A stretch of DNA of 60,680 bases from a virus (Duplodnaviria; Caudoviricetes): IMG/VR virus record IMGVR_UViG_3300037307_000478, positions 1 to 60,680 of that record. One strand, given 5' to 3'. Below are positions 8,386 through 16,904 of this stretch, piece after piece. Below the pieces are notes generated by a model. That model was given only the letters and a program-made list of their open reading frames with translations, was not told the origin of the DNA and searched no databases. Positions within the stretch are counted from its first letter, which is position 1. Each line of letters starts with the position of its first letter. Position numbers and translations under genes: made by a program.

Positions 8386-9699
8386 ATGGGCAAATTGGTT
8401 AAATTAAATAATCTCACAGACGAACAAATATTATCAGAATTGTTTGATAATGAGATCATTGTATATGAGGATGTGCAAGGTAGTAAGATATGTGTAAATT
8501 GGAATGGAAGTGAATTTACTATTAGACCTAAAAATATAACAAATGATCCTATTAATGTAGTAGATTTAGCAATGCAAAACTATTACAATCATGCAATTAA
8601 TTATTTCAATTCACTAGACAATAGGGTAAAGGGACTTTTAAATAAGAGTTGGTATTATATTTTTGAATATTTTCCAGATAATCAACCAGCCAATATTGAA
8701 TATAATAGAGTTCCTAAAAATAATTTAGTTTTAACCTCCATCGTTAAAGGTGGAAAATATACATACACTTCTGAAGAGATTGAAGAATATGCTAGGTTAT
8801 TTAATGTTGATTCCATACCTGTTATTTTTAAGGGAAAGATAAGTGATAAGGCAGCTGAAGCAATAAAATATTTTTTAAATACATCTGAAAAAGACTTGGA
8901 TTATGTTTTTGGAGATAAATCTTTTGCTTTCTTTTTCTACAAGATTTTAAATCCACAATTAATCAATTCATTTTTAATGAATGATGATTTTCAAAAAAAT
9001 GTTGAAAAAATTATTATCAGAACGCAAAATGGCGAATCTTCATTTGAAATTTTAAATCCTCTTTATCAAAGAATCAGTAGTCAAAATTCTACAGAATTTG
9101 TTGAAATCTATAGCTTAATTTTAGTTAATTTCTTAAATTTTTGTCAATCAGTTGATTTTAAAGACATTAAAATTAAGGGAGAAAGAAGAGATGAATCATA
9201 TCTTTATTTGATATGTAAGTTATATAATATGTATATCTCCGAAGTTAAAGATGATATTTTAAATTTTGAATTTATAATACCAGATTTTTTTGATAAAGAT
9301 AAATTTAGAATTAATACTGAACTTATTCAAAATAAACTAACAAGAGAATATATTGAAGAAGATAGAAAATTAGAATATGTATTTAAAGTAATATTAGGTT
9401 CTTTTAATAAAAAAAGAAAGAAGCCAATTGGAGTTTTCACAGAAAGTACTCTGGAAATATTTAATCGTTTTGTTGATTTTATAGACAAAAAGATAGATGA
9501 ATATTTAAATAAAAAGAGTGAAGTAGAATTTGTTAAAAAAGGATTAGTAGATTTCTCGCAATTTTTTGACCTTAAAATAGATAAAGATGGGGAAGGAGAT
9601 GTTTATCCGAGCGTTTGGGATGAAATTCAATCTGGTGCTGAGAAAAAAAGCAAAAAAGGCAAATCTGAAAAGGGTGATAACAAAAATAAATTCATTTGA
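8386..9699 (+). CDS. ligase/nucleotidyltransferase-fold-like protein lacking the catalytic Lys
   Basis: IVYEDVQGS (cf. VTEKLDGS), IFEYF, IPVIFKG, VEKIIIR. Confidence 0.5.
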   Translation: MGKLVKLNNLTDEQILSELFDNEIIVYEDVQGSKICVNWNGSEFTIRPKNITNDPINVVDLAMQNYYNHAINYFNSLDNRVKGLLNKSWYYIFEYFPDNQPANIEYNRVPKNNLVLTSIVKGGKYTYTSEEIEEYARLFNVDSIPVIFKGKISDKAAEAIKYFLNTSEKDLDYVFGDKSFAFFFYKILNPQLINSFLMNDDFQKNVEKIIIRTQNGESSFEILNPLYQRISSQNSTEFVEIYSLILVNFLNFCQSVDFKDIKIKGERRDESYLYLICKLYNMYISEVKDDILNFEFIIPDFFDKDKFRINTELIQNKLTREYIEEDRKLEYVFKVILGSFNKKRKKPIGVFTESTLEIFNRFVDFIDKKIDEYLNKKSEVEFVKKGLVDFSQFFDLKIDKDGEGDVYPSVWDEIQSGAEKKSKKGKSEKGDNKNKFI

Positions 9700-9730
9700 T
9701 AAACTATTTTTTGACCATTAAATATAAAAT
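9700..9730 (+). promoter_or_regulatory. putative middle-class promoter AAAC-N18-TATAAA
   Basis: The same spacing recurs at several non-structural genes. Confidence 0.45.
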
Positions 9731-9732
9731 CT

Positions 9733-10953
9733 ATGAATCAAGTCATAGAGTATAAAGAAAAAAAGTACAAGGAAAAGATTAACAAGAAGAAGTATAGCCT
9801 TCAATTTTTACCAAAAATGTTAGAGAATATATCTAACCAAAAAATTGTCATATATAAAGGGCAAAAAATAAAATCTTCTTACTTAATAGACATCGTACAC
9901 AATTTAATTTTGAAATATTATTTTAAAAAGGATAACTCTTTTAATTTATCCGCAGTTATTTTAAAAGAAAAATATGGAAGTTGGTATAATTACTATATTG
10001 AATATCTAGTTGAAATGGGTGCTATACAATTAACCCGAAATTATCAAAAAGGAAAGAATGCCAGAATTTATAAATTAAGTGATAAAATACTTAAAGGTGA
10101 AATTAGTAGGTATAAAAATTCTGATAAATTTTTGCTAAAGAAATATGTTAATGCAATATCAATTGTAGATGAAAATCCGTCTAAATTAAAAAATGCAATA
10201 GACCCAGAAGTAAAGAAGAAATTAGTTGATGATTTGTTTTCTGTTCAGATTGATTATACAAAATCTATTTTCTTTCTAGATGCTACCAATCAGGATATTG
10301 ATGTTTATAATAAAAATAAATACAGTGTTGAATGTATAAGAGATAATCACATTTTTTACCATTTTGATGATTATGGAAGAATGCACACTAACTTTACTAT
10401 TTTGAAGTCTTTTATTAGAAAAAATTGCTTATTAATTGATAACGAAGAAACTGTGGAAATTGATATTAAAAATAGTCAACCTCTATTCCTTTCAAAATTA
10501 ATAGAAGAAAATGATATTTTTATAGTAGATGAAAATGAATTTAAGTTATTCAAAGCACTAACTATAAATGGTAATTTCTACCAATATTTAATTGATAATT
10601 CATATAAAAAGATAACTAAAAAAGAAATTAAAGAGGTTGTTTATAAAGTTTTATTTGGTAAAAATTATAAAAATAAATCTGATGATCTATTTAAAAGGTT
10701 GTTTCCTACTATATATGCATTTATAAAATCTTATAAAAAAGAAATGGGTAATTATAGACATCTTTCTTATAGCCTACAACGAGCTGAATCAAATTTAATA
10801 TTCAATAGGATAATTAAAAAAATAATGACTCTTTATCCTGAAATTAAAGTAGTTACAGTACATGATAGTATTATTTGTTCAAGAAAATATAAGGATATAG
10901 TTGAAATAATATTTAATACAATAATTAATGAAGAGTTTAATATCGATATTTAA
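9733..10953 (+). CDS. compact family-A polymerase palm-like protein
   Basis: GRMHT, EIDIKNSQP (motif A), K..VYKVLFG (motif B), LQRAES, VHDS (motif C); no exonuclease domain visible. Confidence 0.6.
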   Translation: MNQVIEYKEKKYKEKINKKKYSLQFLPKMLENISNQKIVIYKGQKIKSSYLIDIVHNLILKYYFKKDNSFNLSAVILKEKYGSWYNYYIEYLVEMGAIQLTRNYQKGKNARIYKLSDKILKGEISRYKNSDKFLLKKYVNAISIVDENPSKLKNAIDPEVKKKLVDDLFSVQIDYTKSIFFLDATNQDIDVYNKNKYSVECIRDNHIFYHFDDYGRMHTNFTILKSFIRKNCLLIDNEETVEIDIKNSQPLFLSKLIEENDIFIVDENEFKLFKALTINGNFYQYLIDNSYKKITKKEIKEVVYKVLFGKNYKNKSDDLFKRLFPTIYAFIKSYKKEMGNYRHLSYSLQRAESNLIFNRIIKKIMTLYPEIKVVTVHDSIICSRKYKDIVEIIFNTIINEEFNIDI

Positions 10954-10963
10954 TATATAGAAT

Positions 10964-11533
10964 ATGTTTAATTTAGAAGACAAAAATATATCATATATAC
11001 TTATATCACCTGAAAAAGAAAACAAATCTTTATTAGATAAAAAAAATGCGTGTGATAAGTTACAGACCATTTTATATTCTAAAGAATATACAATTATACC
11101 AGTTACAGGGTATTATCAAGGAAATTACGAAAGATCTTTTATTGCAGTAACTGCTGATGATAATGACACTATTAGAAAAGATGCGATATTTTTATTGGAT
11201 GAATTTGATCAAGAGTCAGTAATCGTAAAATATAAAGGAGAAACATCTCCAGTTAAAATATTAAATAATGGTTCTGAAAAATTATTATCCATCTCAATTT
11301 ATGGAGATGATGAGAATAAAAGCTACCTTTATAATGGAGTATCCTTTTCTTTTATGGAAAAAAAGAGATATAAATTTCTAAGCGATAAAAGTCAACTTCG
11401 TGTAGGAATGGTAGTTGAATTTCTTAATAATGATAGATGGATAGAGAAAGAAGTTGTTAATTTAGATTCGGAATATGATAAATTGTATAAGCTTTTAATT
11501 AAATACGGTAAATTAAGAACCGCAATTGACTAA
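10964..11533 (+). CDS. hypothetical protein
   Basis: 189 aa ORF; AATATATA at 10952-10959. Confidence 0.75.
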   Translation: MFNLEDKNISYILISPEKENKSLLDKKNACDKLQTILYSKEYTIIPVTGYYQGNYERSFIAVTADDNDTIRKDAIFLLDEFDQESVIVKYKGETSPVKILNNGSEKLLSISIYGDDENKSYLYNGVSFSFMEKKRYKFLSDKSQLRVGMVVEFLNNDRWIEKEVVNLDSEYDKLYKLLIKYGKLRTAID

Positions 11534-11548
11534 ATTAAAATAAAGAAT

Positions 11549-11671
11549 ATGAAAAAAATATTATTTGTATTATTGATGTTTTTATTGCAAAGTTGTGTTA
11601 CTACATACAGTCCTTATAAAGCTGCTAATACGGGTGGGAAAAAGTGTAGTAAACCTCATAGTGTAAGATAG
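11549..11671 (+). CDS. small lipoprotein (40 aa, not in ORF track)
   Basis: MKKILFVLLMFLLQS|CVTTYSPYKAANTGGKKCSKPHSVR: signal peptide with lipobox-like LQSC. Confidence 0.7.
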   Translation: MKKILFVLLMFLLQSCVTTYSPYKAANTGGKKCSKPHSVR

Positions 11672-11672
11672 A

Positions 11673-11981
11673 TTATTTTAATAGTGATTTTAATATATTC
11701 TCTCTTTTTACTCGAATATCATCAAAATCACAATAATCTTTATTTAAAAATTTATTAATAAATTTTTTAAATTTATTTGCATCATAATTTGACATAGTTT
11801 CTATTTGAAGCTTATTGCACTTTTCACAATACCTCATGTTTACTTCAATTGACAATTCCCCCTGTCTTTCTGCCCATTTTAATATATGATTATATAGATG
11901 TTTAAAATCTTCTTTTTTATGGGTAGCCAATATCCAACTTTTTACAGAAACAGTTTCCTTAAAATATTTCCATTTATGCAT
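11673..11981 (-). CDS. hypothetical protein, CxxC, C-terminal KRENILKSLL
   Basis: TAATTTTG -7 box at 12002-11995. Confidence 0.65.
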   Translation of the reverse strand: MHKWKYFKETVSVKSWILATHKKEDFKHLYNHILKWAERQGELSIEVNMRYCEKCNKLQIETMSNYDANKFKKFINKFLNKDYCDFDDIRVKRENILKSLLK

Positions 11982-11999
11982 ACATAATTTTTTACAAAA

Positions 12000-12752
12000 T
12001 TAAGTATATTTATTTAAAGACCCAATTTTTCCAATGGTTGCCTTTACATGAGCTTCAATTTTATCTTTAGGTAAGACCATTAGTTGGTTTAAAGTTTGTA
12101 TTGTTTTTTGATAATTTCTCATATCTAGTTTAGATCTATCGTGCCATAAATGAAAGCATTTATATGGCATTTCTCTATATGTAAGTCCCAATTGTTTAAC
12201 TTTGTGTGTTTGAAAATCATCTTCTCCACCCCATCCAATAAAGTAATTTTCAGCCCATCCGCCAATTTTTAATATTGATTCGGTCCTAAAAGCTACAATT
12301 CCTCCACAAAGATTTATTTTTTGATTATCAGTTTCACCTCTCCCTGGTCTATTTATATTCTTCATTACGTGTAATGGCATAATACTTTCTTCAGGAGTTA
12401 AATCCAAAACTGAAGAATATGGACTGATAACATCAAATGCATTTATTTGATTAATAGCATCTACAAATTCAGATGGGTCCATAATCAAATCAGAATCACC
12501 AAATACAATAACTGGATTTATGGTGTGTTTTATTGCAATATTAAAAGCCCAAGATCTATTATAAGGACCATCGTTCTGCACAAATATATGTTTCCCGTGT
12601 AAATTTAAATTTGATATTTTTGAATATTTATCTTGTTCGATAATTATAATATCTATATTATTAAAGTTTCTAAGCCATTCCAATACTACTTTTAAATTCA
12701 TAATTCTATCTGCGGTGTGCCTATAGCCAATCACATAAGTTAATCTCATCAT
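12000..12752 (-). CDS. GT-A fold glycosyltransferase (GT2/GT7-like)
   Basis: YNRSWAFN, GDSD (DxD), NLCGG, GWGGEDD, HLWH. Confidence 0.85.
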   Translation of the reverse strand: MMRLTYVIGYRHTADRIMNLKVVLEWLRNFNNIDIIIIEQDKYSKISNLNLHGKHIFVQNDGPYNRSWAFNIAIKHTINPVIVFGDSDLIMDPSEFVDAINQINAFDVISPYSSVLDLTPEESIMPLHVMKNINRPGRGETDNQKINLCGGIVAFRTESILKIGGWAENYFIGWGGEDDFQTHKVKQLGLTYREMPYKCFHLWHDRSKLDMRNYQKTIQTLNQLMVLPKDKIEAHVKATIGKIGSLNKYT

Positions 12753-12796
12753 ACTATGATATAATTTTTGATTTATATGAGATTTTAGTTAAATTG

Positions 12797-12828
12797 TTTG
12801 GTAGATATTAAAAAAGTTCGTATATTTG
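12797..12828 (+). promoter_or_regulatory. Bacteroidota-type (early) promoter
   Basis: TTTG 12797-12800, N20, TATATTTG 12821-12828. Confidence 0.75.
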
Positions 12829-12855
12829 TGTAGAATAGATAAATTATAGAGAAAA

Positions 12856-13968
12856 ATGAAGATAAAAAAGAAGTTTTTACAACTTACCAAAATGACTTAT
12901 CCATATGGAACTGAAGTTTTCTTAGAAAGGTGTTTACCCGAAGGTGTGAATAAAGATCCTCATGGAAACTATTTTATTTCTGTGGGTGACAGTTATACAA
13001 CGATGTTTACGTGTCACCTTGACACATCGTGCAAATTGATGGATAAAGTAACACATAAATTTGACAGAAATATGATATCTACTGATGGAACAACTATTCT
13101 TGGGGCCGATGATAAGGCAGGAATGGTAGTTTTATTATACATGATTGAAAATAAGATACCAGGTCTTTATTACTTTTTTATTGGAGAAGAAGTAGGATGT
13201 ATTGGTTCTTCGGATTTGTCTAATGATATGGAAAAGGAAATATATCATATTGAACAACTTAAAAATATAAATAAAGTTGTTTCCTTTGATAGAAGAGGGA
13301 CTACATCTGTAATTACTGATCAGTTTTATGGAACTTGTTGTTCAGATGAATTTGCAAATGAACTTTGTTCACAATTAAATAAGGCTAATCACGGATTAAA
13401 GATGGTTAAGGATGATACTGGAGTCTTGACCGATTCGGCACAATTTATGGGAATTGTTGCAGAATGTACAAATATCTCTGTTGGATACTATGATGAACAT
13501 ACTTATAGGGAAAGACAAGATATAGACCATCTTTATAGATTGTGTCATTCTGTGTGTAGGGTAGATTGGGAAAATCTTCCTGTTAAAAGAGAACCATCTA
13601 AGTATGATTATTATACAGGGTGGGGAGATTGTGATTCTATTTATGATAGAAGTCCAAACTTAAAAGAAGATAAGCCAATAGATTCTGAATACTCCGAAGA
13701 CTATTATACTTTTTCTGTAAAAGATGGAAAGAGACAAAAAGTGTACATAGCAAAGACTTGGATTTTTCATGAAACGCTATTAATTCAAAAAGCACTTAAA
13801 AAACAAGGTGTAAATGCTGTTGAAATAAATTGGGATGGAACTACCTGTTGGATATTAGAAGAAGGATCACACGTTAATGAATATCTTGGTAATCGGAGTG
13901 ATTTAAATGAGTTTATCAATGATTTTGATAGAATTCCTGTGGCCCACTTAAAATATAGCTTATCCTAA
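12856..13968 (+). CDS. M28/M20-family metallopeptidase (paralogue of 1670..3289)
   Basis: CHLDT, LGADDKAG, GEEVG, SFDRR, LTDS, DEHT. Confidence 0.85.
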   Translation: MKIKKKFLQLTKMTYPYGTEVFLERCLPEGVNKDPHGNYFISVGDSYTTMFTCHLDTSCKLMDKVTHKFDRNMISTDGTTILGADDKAGMVVLLYMIENKIPGLYYFFIGEEVGCIGSSDLSNDMEKEIYHIEQLKNINKVVSFDRRGTTSVITDQFYGTCCSDEFANELCSQLNKANHGLKMVKDDTGVLTDSAQFMGIVAECTNISVGYYDEHTYRERQDIDHLYRLCHSVCRVDWENLPVKREPSKYDYYTGWGDCDSIYDRSPNLKEDKPIDSEYSEDYYTFSVKDGKRQKVYIAKTWIFHETLLIQKALKKQGVNAVEINWDGTTCWILEEGSHVNEYLGNRSDLNEFINDFDRIPVAHLKYSLS

Positions 13969-14109
13969 AGGATTTAAGTATTCTTTTTTATTAACTATTT
14001 CTAATAACTGGTTGGGAGACAAATTATTTTGATTCCAACCTTTTTTCTTGCAGTATTCTGCAATAAATTTTTCTCTTAAAATCACTATTTTAGACTTTTT
14101 TGACTTCAT
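13960..14109 (-). CDS. small hypothetical protein (49 aa, not in ORF track)
   Basis: MKSKSLKIVILREKFIAEYCKKKGWNQNNLSPNQLLEIVNKKEYLNPLG; late motif TATATATT just upstream. Confidence 0.6.
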   Translation of the reverse strand: MKSKKSKIVILREKFIAEYCKKKGWNQNNLSPNQLLEIVNKKEYLNPLG

Positions 14110-14126
14110 AATTTTTATATATTAAA

Positions 14127-14158
14127 TTTGGTGATTTCCATTATTTTTCGTATCTTTG
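14127..14158 (+). promoter_or_regulatory. Bacteroidota-type (early) promoter
   Basis: TTTG 14127-14130, N20, TATCTTTG 14151-14158. Confidence 0.75.
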
Positions 14159-14179
14159 TATATAAATCATTGATAAACA

Positions 14180-14695
14180 ATGTTATTTAAAGTAAAAGGC
14201 ATATTAGATTTTACACCAGAAGATGTTACTAGAAAACATAAAAATCAATCTTCTTGGAAACGTGTCGCTCTGATTAAAACAGATTGTGACATAGCGAGTT
14301 ATTATGCTTGGTTTTTAAAAACAAGGTTTAATCTTAAACTAAATCCACCATTAAGGGGAACACACATAACTTTCATTTCAGATAGACTTGAAAGAACAGT
14401 TTTTGATGAAGCATCTAGGATTTTCAATGGTAAAGAAATTACCTTTTACTATGAAAATATGCCGAGGTCTAATGGCAAACACTGGTGGTTGAGAGTTTGG
14501 TCTTCCGAAGCAGAAGATATCAGACAAGCACTTGGTCTTGAAAGACATCCTTATTTTGGAATGCACTTAACACTTGGTATAGCGAATGAAAAGAATATAG
14601 ACCACTCTAAATATATTTTAGAATGTTGTAAAAAATTTGAACTATTAAGTTCTGAACCAAGAAAACAAATTGAAGAATATAAAATTTTTGAATAA
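14180..14695 (+). CDS. 2H phosphoesterase (putative 2',3'-cyclic phosphodiesterase)
   Basis: Two HxT motifs, GTHITF and GMHLTLG; directly upstream of an RNA ligase. Confidence 0.75.
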   Translation: MLFKVKGILDFTPEDVTRKHKNQSSWKRVALIKTDCDIASYYAWFLKTRFNLKLNPPLRGTHITFISDRLERTVFDEASRIFNGKEITFYYENMPRSNGKHWWLRVWSSEAEDIRQALGLERHPYFGMHLTLGIANEKNIDHSKYILECCKKFELLSSEPRKQIEEYKIFE

Positions 14696-14696
14696 T

Positions 14697-15707
14697 ATGG
14701 AAAGAAAATTAGCAAGCATTAGAAAAATCTCAAACTTAGAACCTATCGAGGGTGCTGATAAAATTGAATTGGCAACTGTTGATGGTTGGAAAGTTGTTGT
14801 CGCAAAAGATGTGTCTCACAAAGTTGGAGACCTTGTAGTTTATTGTGAGGTGGACTCTTTCCTTCCAATAAAAGAAGAATTTGAATTTCTTAGAAAGTCT
14901 TCTTACAAAAAAATGGGTGATAAAGAAGGATTCCGTCTTAAAACTATTAAACTTCGTGGTCAAGTATCACAAGGGTTAATTTTACCTTTAAGAGAACTTT
15001 CTTTAGCTAATAAAGAACTTCTTAAAGAAGGAATGGATGTGACAAAAGAATTGGATATCATTAAGTATGATCCACCGATTCCTGCAGAATTGGCTGGTAA
15101 AGTAAAAGGATTCTTCCCTTCATTTATCCCAAAAACAGATGAAGAAAGAGCTCAAAATCTTACTGACAAATACGAAGGATTCAAGGACAATACTTTCTAT
15201 GTTACTGAAAAATTAGATGGTAGTTCATCAACATTCTACTTTAAAGACGGTGTTTTCGGTGTATGTTCAAGAAATCTTGAATTAACTGAAACAGAAGATA
15301 ACACTTTCTGGAAAGTAGCTCGTGAAATGAACCTTGAAGAAAAAATGAAAAATGTGGGGTTTAATTTTTCTCTACAAGGAGAGCTAATCGGTGAGGGTAT
15401 TCAAGGAAACCCATATAAGATTAAAGGTCATACGGTTCGATTTTTTAATCTTTTTGACATAGACTTACAAGTTTATCATTCATTGACAAACTTTGAAAAT
15501 TTAGTCAAAGAAATGGGTTTGGAAACTGTTCCTGTACTTGACAGGCACTTCAAACTTCCGGATACAGTAGAAGAACTGTTGAAATACGCTGAAGCTAAAT
15601 CAGTATTAAATCCTGATTTTGACAGAGAAGGTGTTGTCATCAGAAGCCTTGATAGAAAAATTTCATTCAAGGCAATTTCTAACAAATTCTTATTGAATGA
15701 AAAATGA
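14697..15707 (+). CDS. RNA ligase, DRB0094/Rnl5-like with N-terminal OB domain
   Basis: MERKLASI..GADKIE, KLRGQVSQG, PKTDEER, TEKLDGSS, QGELIG, REGVV, FKAISNKFL. Confidence 0.9.
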   Translation: MERKLASIRKISNLEPIEGADKIELATVDGWKVVVAKDVSHKVGDLVVYCEVDSFLPIKEEFEFLRKSSYKKMGDKEGFRLKTIKLRGQVSQGLILPLRELSLANKELLKEGMDVTKELDIIKYDPPIPAELAGKVKGFFPSFIPKTDEERAQNLTDKYEGFKDNTFYVTEKLDGSSSTFYFKDGVFGVCSRNLELTETEDNTFWKVAREMNLEEKMKNVGFNFSLQGELIGEGIQGNPYKIKGHTVRFFNLFDIDLQVYHSLTNFENLVKEMGLETVPVLDRHFKLPDTVEELLKYAEAKSVLNPDFDREGVVIRSLDRKISFKAISNKFLLNEK

Positions 15708-15904
15708 TAAAGTGTGTAGATAAAGGCATGTTTACTTGTATAGGAAGAAACGGGGCTCCTAAAAGAAGATTTGATACTTCTGAACAGGTAATAAGTGCGG
15801 CCAAGATAATAAATAATAAAAATAAAGATTCAAAAACAAAATTAGTTGGATATAAATGCTCACATTGTCATGGGTATCATTTAACAACACATCTTAAAAA
15901 ATAA
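15704..15904 (+). CDS. small protein with YxCxxCxxxHLT zinc motif
   Basis: GYKCSHCHGYHLT; ATGA overlap with the ligase. Confidence 0.65.
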   Translation: MIKCVDKGMFTCIGRNGAPKRRFDTSEQVISAAKIINNKNKDSKTKLVGYKCSHCHGYHLTTHLKK

Positions 15905-15906
15905 AC

Positions 15907-15946
15907 AAAAAGATTTAGTTAGTATAAAATAACTAAATCTTTTTTT
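15907..15946 (+). terminator. intrinsic terminator whose loop contains a -10-like box
   Basis: AAAAAGATTTAGTTA / TAACTAAATCTTTTT inverted repeat followed by a T-tract. Confidence 0.6.
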
Positions 15947-16723
15947 ATGCCTGAAATTGTAGAATGTAAAATAATGTCCAATTTTATTAATCATCACACA
16001 AAGGACAAAACATTTACTAAAATATTTAGTGTTGAAAAGGGAAATATTCCAAATGAATATTTATCAGATGAATTTTTTACACTCACTTCCGAATCATACG
16101 GAAAGGAATTACTATTAACTCTTAATTTTAAAGATAAACAATTACCTATCTATGTATTTATGGGTATGAATGGTAATTGGAAATACCTTCCTACTAAAGA
16201 TTGGAATCAAACTAAATATGTCAGATTAAGATTAGACACTACCGATGGCAAATCTTTAATTTTGTATGGCGGATATATGGGGCCAAAGTACAAAATTGGT
16301 CAAAAGTTTACAGGCGCTAAAAGAGGTCCAGATCCAATGAAAGATTTCAACTTATTTAAAAACAATGTTTTGCAGAATTTAGACAAAAAAGATTTTGATA
16401 AACCAATTTATGAAGTTTTATTAAATCAGAAATACTTTAATGGAATTGGTAACTATTTACGTTCTACAATATTATATTATTTAGACGAAAATCCATTTCA
16501 AAGTGGTAGGGATATGATTAAAAATAATCCTGAAATATTAGAATTGTGTAAAGATATACCCTTAAAATCATATCAATTAAATGGTGGACAATTAAGAGAT
16601 TGGAAAAATCCTTTTGATACAGAGTCAAAGGAATTTATCGAATGGGTTTATTATCAAAAAGGCAAATCTATCAAAGATTCTAATAATAGAACATTTTGGT
16701 ATCATCCTAAATGGTCTATTTAA
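15947..16723 (+). CDS. nei: Fpg/Nei DNA glycosylase, NEIL1-like (zincless finger)
   Basis: N-terminal PE, GKEL, MGMNG, H2TH LLNQKYFNGIGNYLRS, C-terminal DSNNRTFWY with no Cys4 finger. Confidence 0.85.
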   Translation: MPEIVECKIMSNFINHHTKDKTFTKIFSVEKGNIPNEYLSDEFFTLTSESYGKELLLTLNFKDKQLPIYVFMGMNGNWKYLPTKDWNQTKYVRLRLDTTDGKSLILYGGYMGPKYKIGQKFTGAKRGPDPMKDFNLFKNNVLQNLDKKDFDKPIYEVLLNQKYFNGIGNYLRSTILYYLDENPFQSGRDMIKNNPEILELCKDIPLKSYQLNGGQLRDWKNPFDTESKEFIEWVYYQKGKSIKDSNNRTFWYHPKWSI

Positions 16724-16859
16724 CTTTTTTAGAAATAAAGAACAGTAATATACTAACTACACCTAATGATAAAGATAATGAACTAATTCCATTAGTAGAA
16801 ATCAATATTATTGATGATATTAAAGAGGTCAATGATAATGTTAAGAATAGATTTTTCAT
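16716..16859 (-). CDS. small two-TM membrane protein (47 aa, not in ORF track)
   Basis: MKNLFLTLSLTSLISSIILISTNGISSLSLSLGVVSILLFFISKKVK; late motif upstream. Confidence 0.55.
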   Translation of the reverse strand: MKNLFLTLSLTSLISSIILISTNGISSLSLSLGVVSILLFFISKKVK

Positions 16860-16904
16860 AACTTATATATTTAAAATGAATATAATAAAAAAGTAATATT
16901 TAAA

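Noticed and set aside
14010-14046. Possible terminator hairpin after the second peptidase
   Set aside because: Imperfect stem lying within a plausible minus-strand small ORF; not supportable.
16711-16896. Listed plus-strand 61-aa ORF
   Set aside because: The opposite-strand 47-aa membrane ORF has an ATG and a late promoter and fits better.
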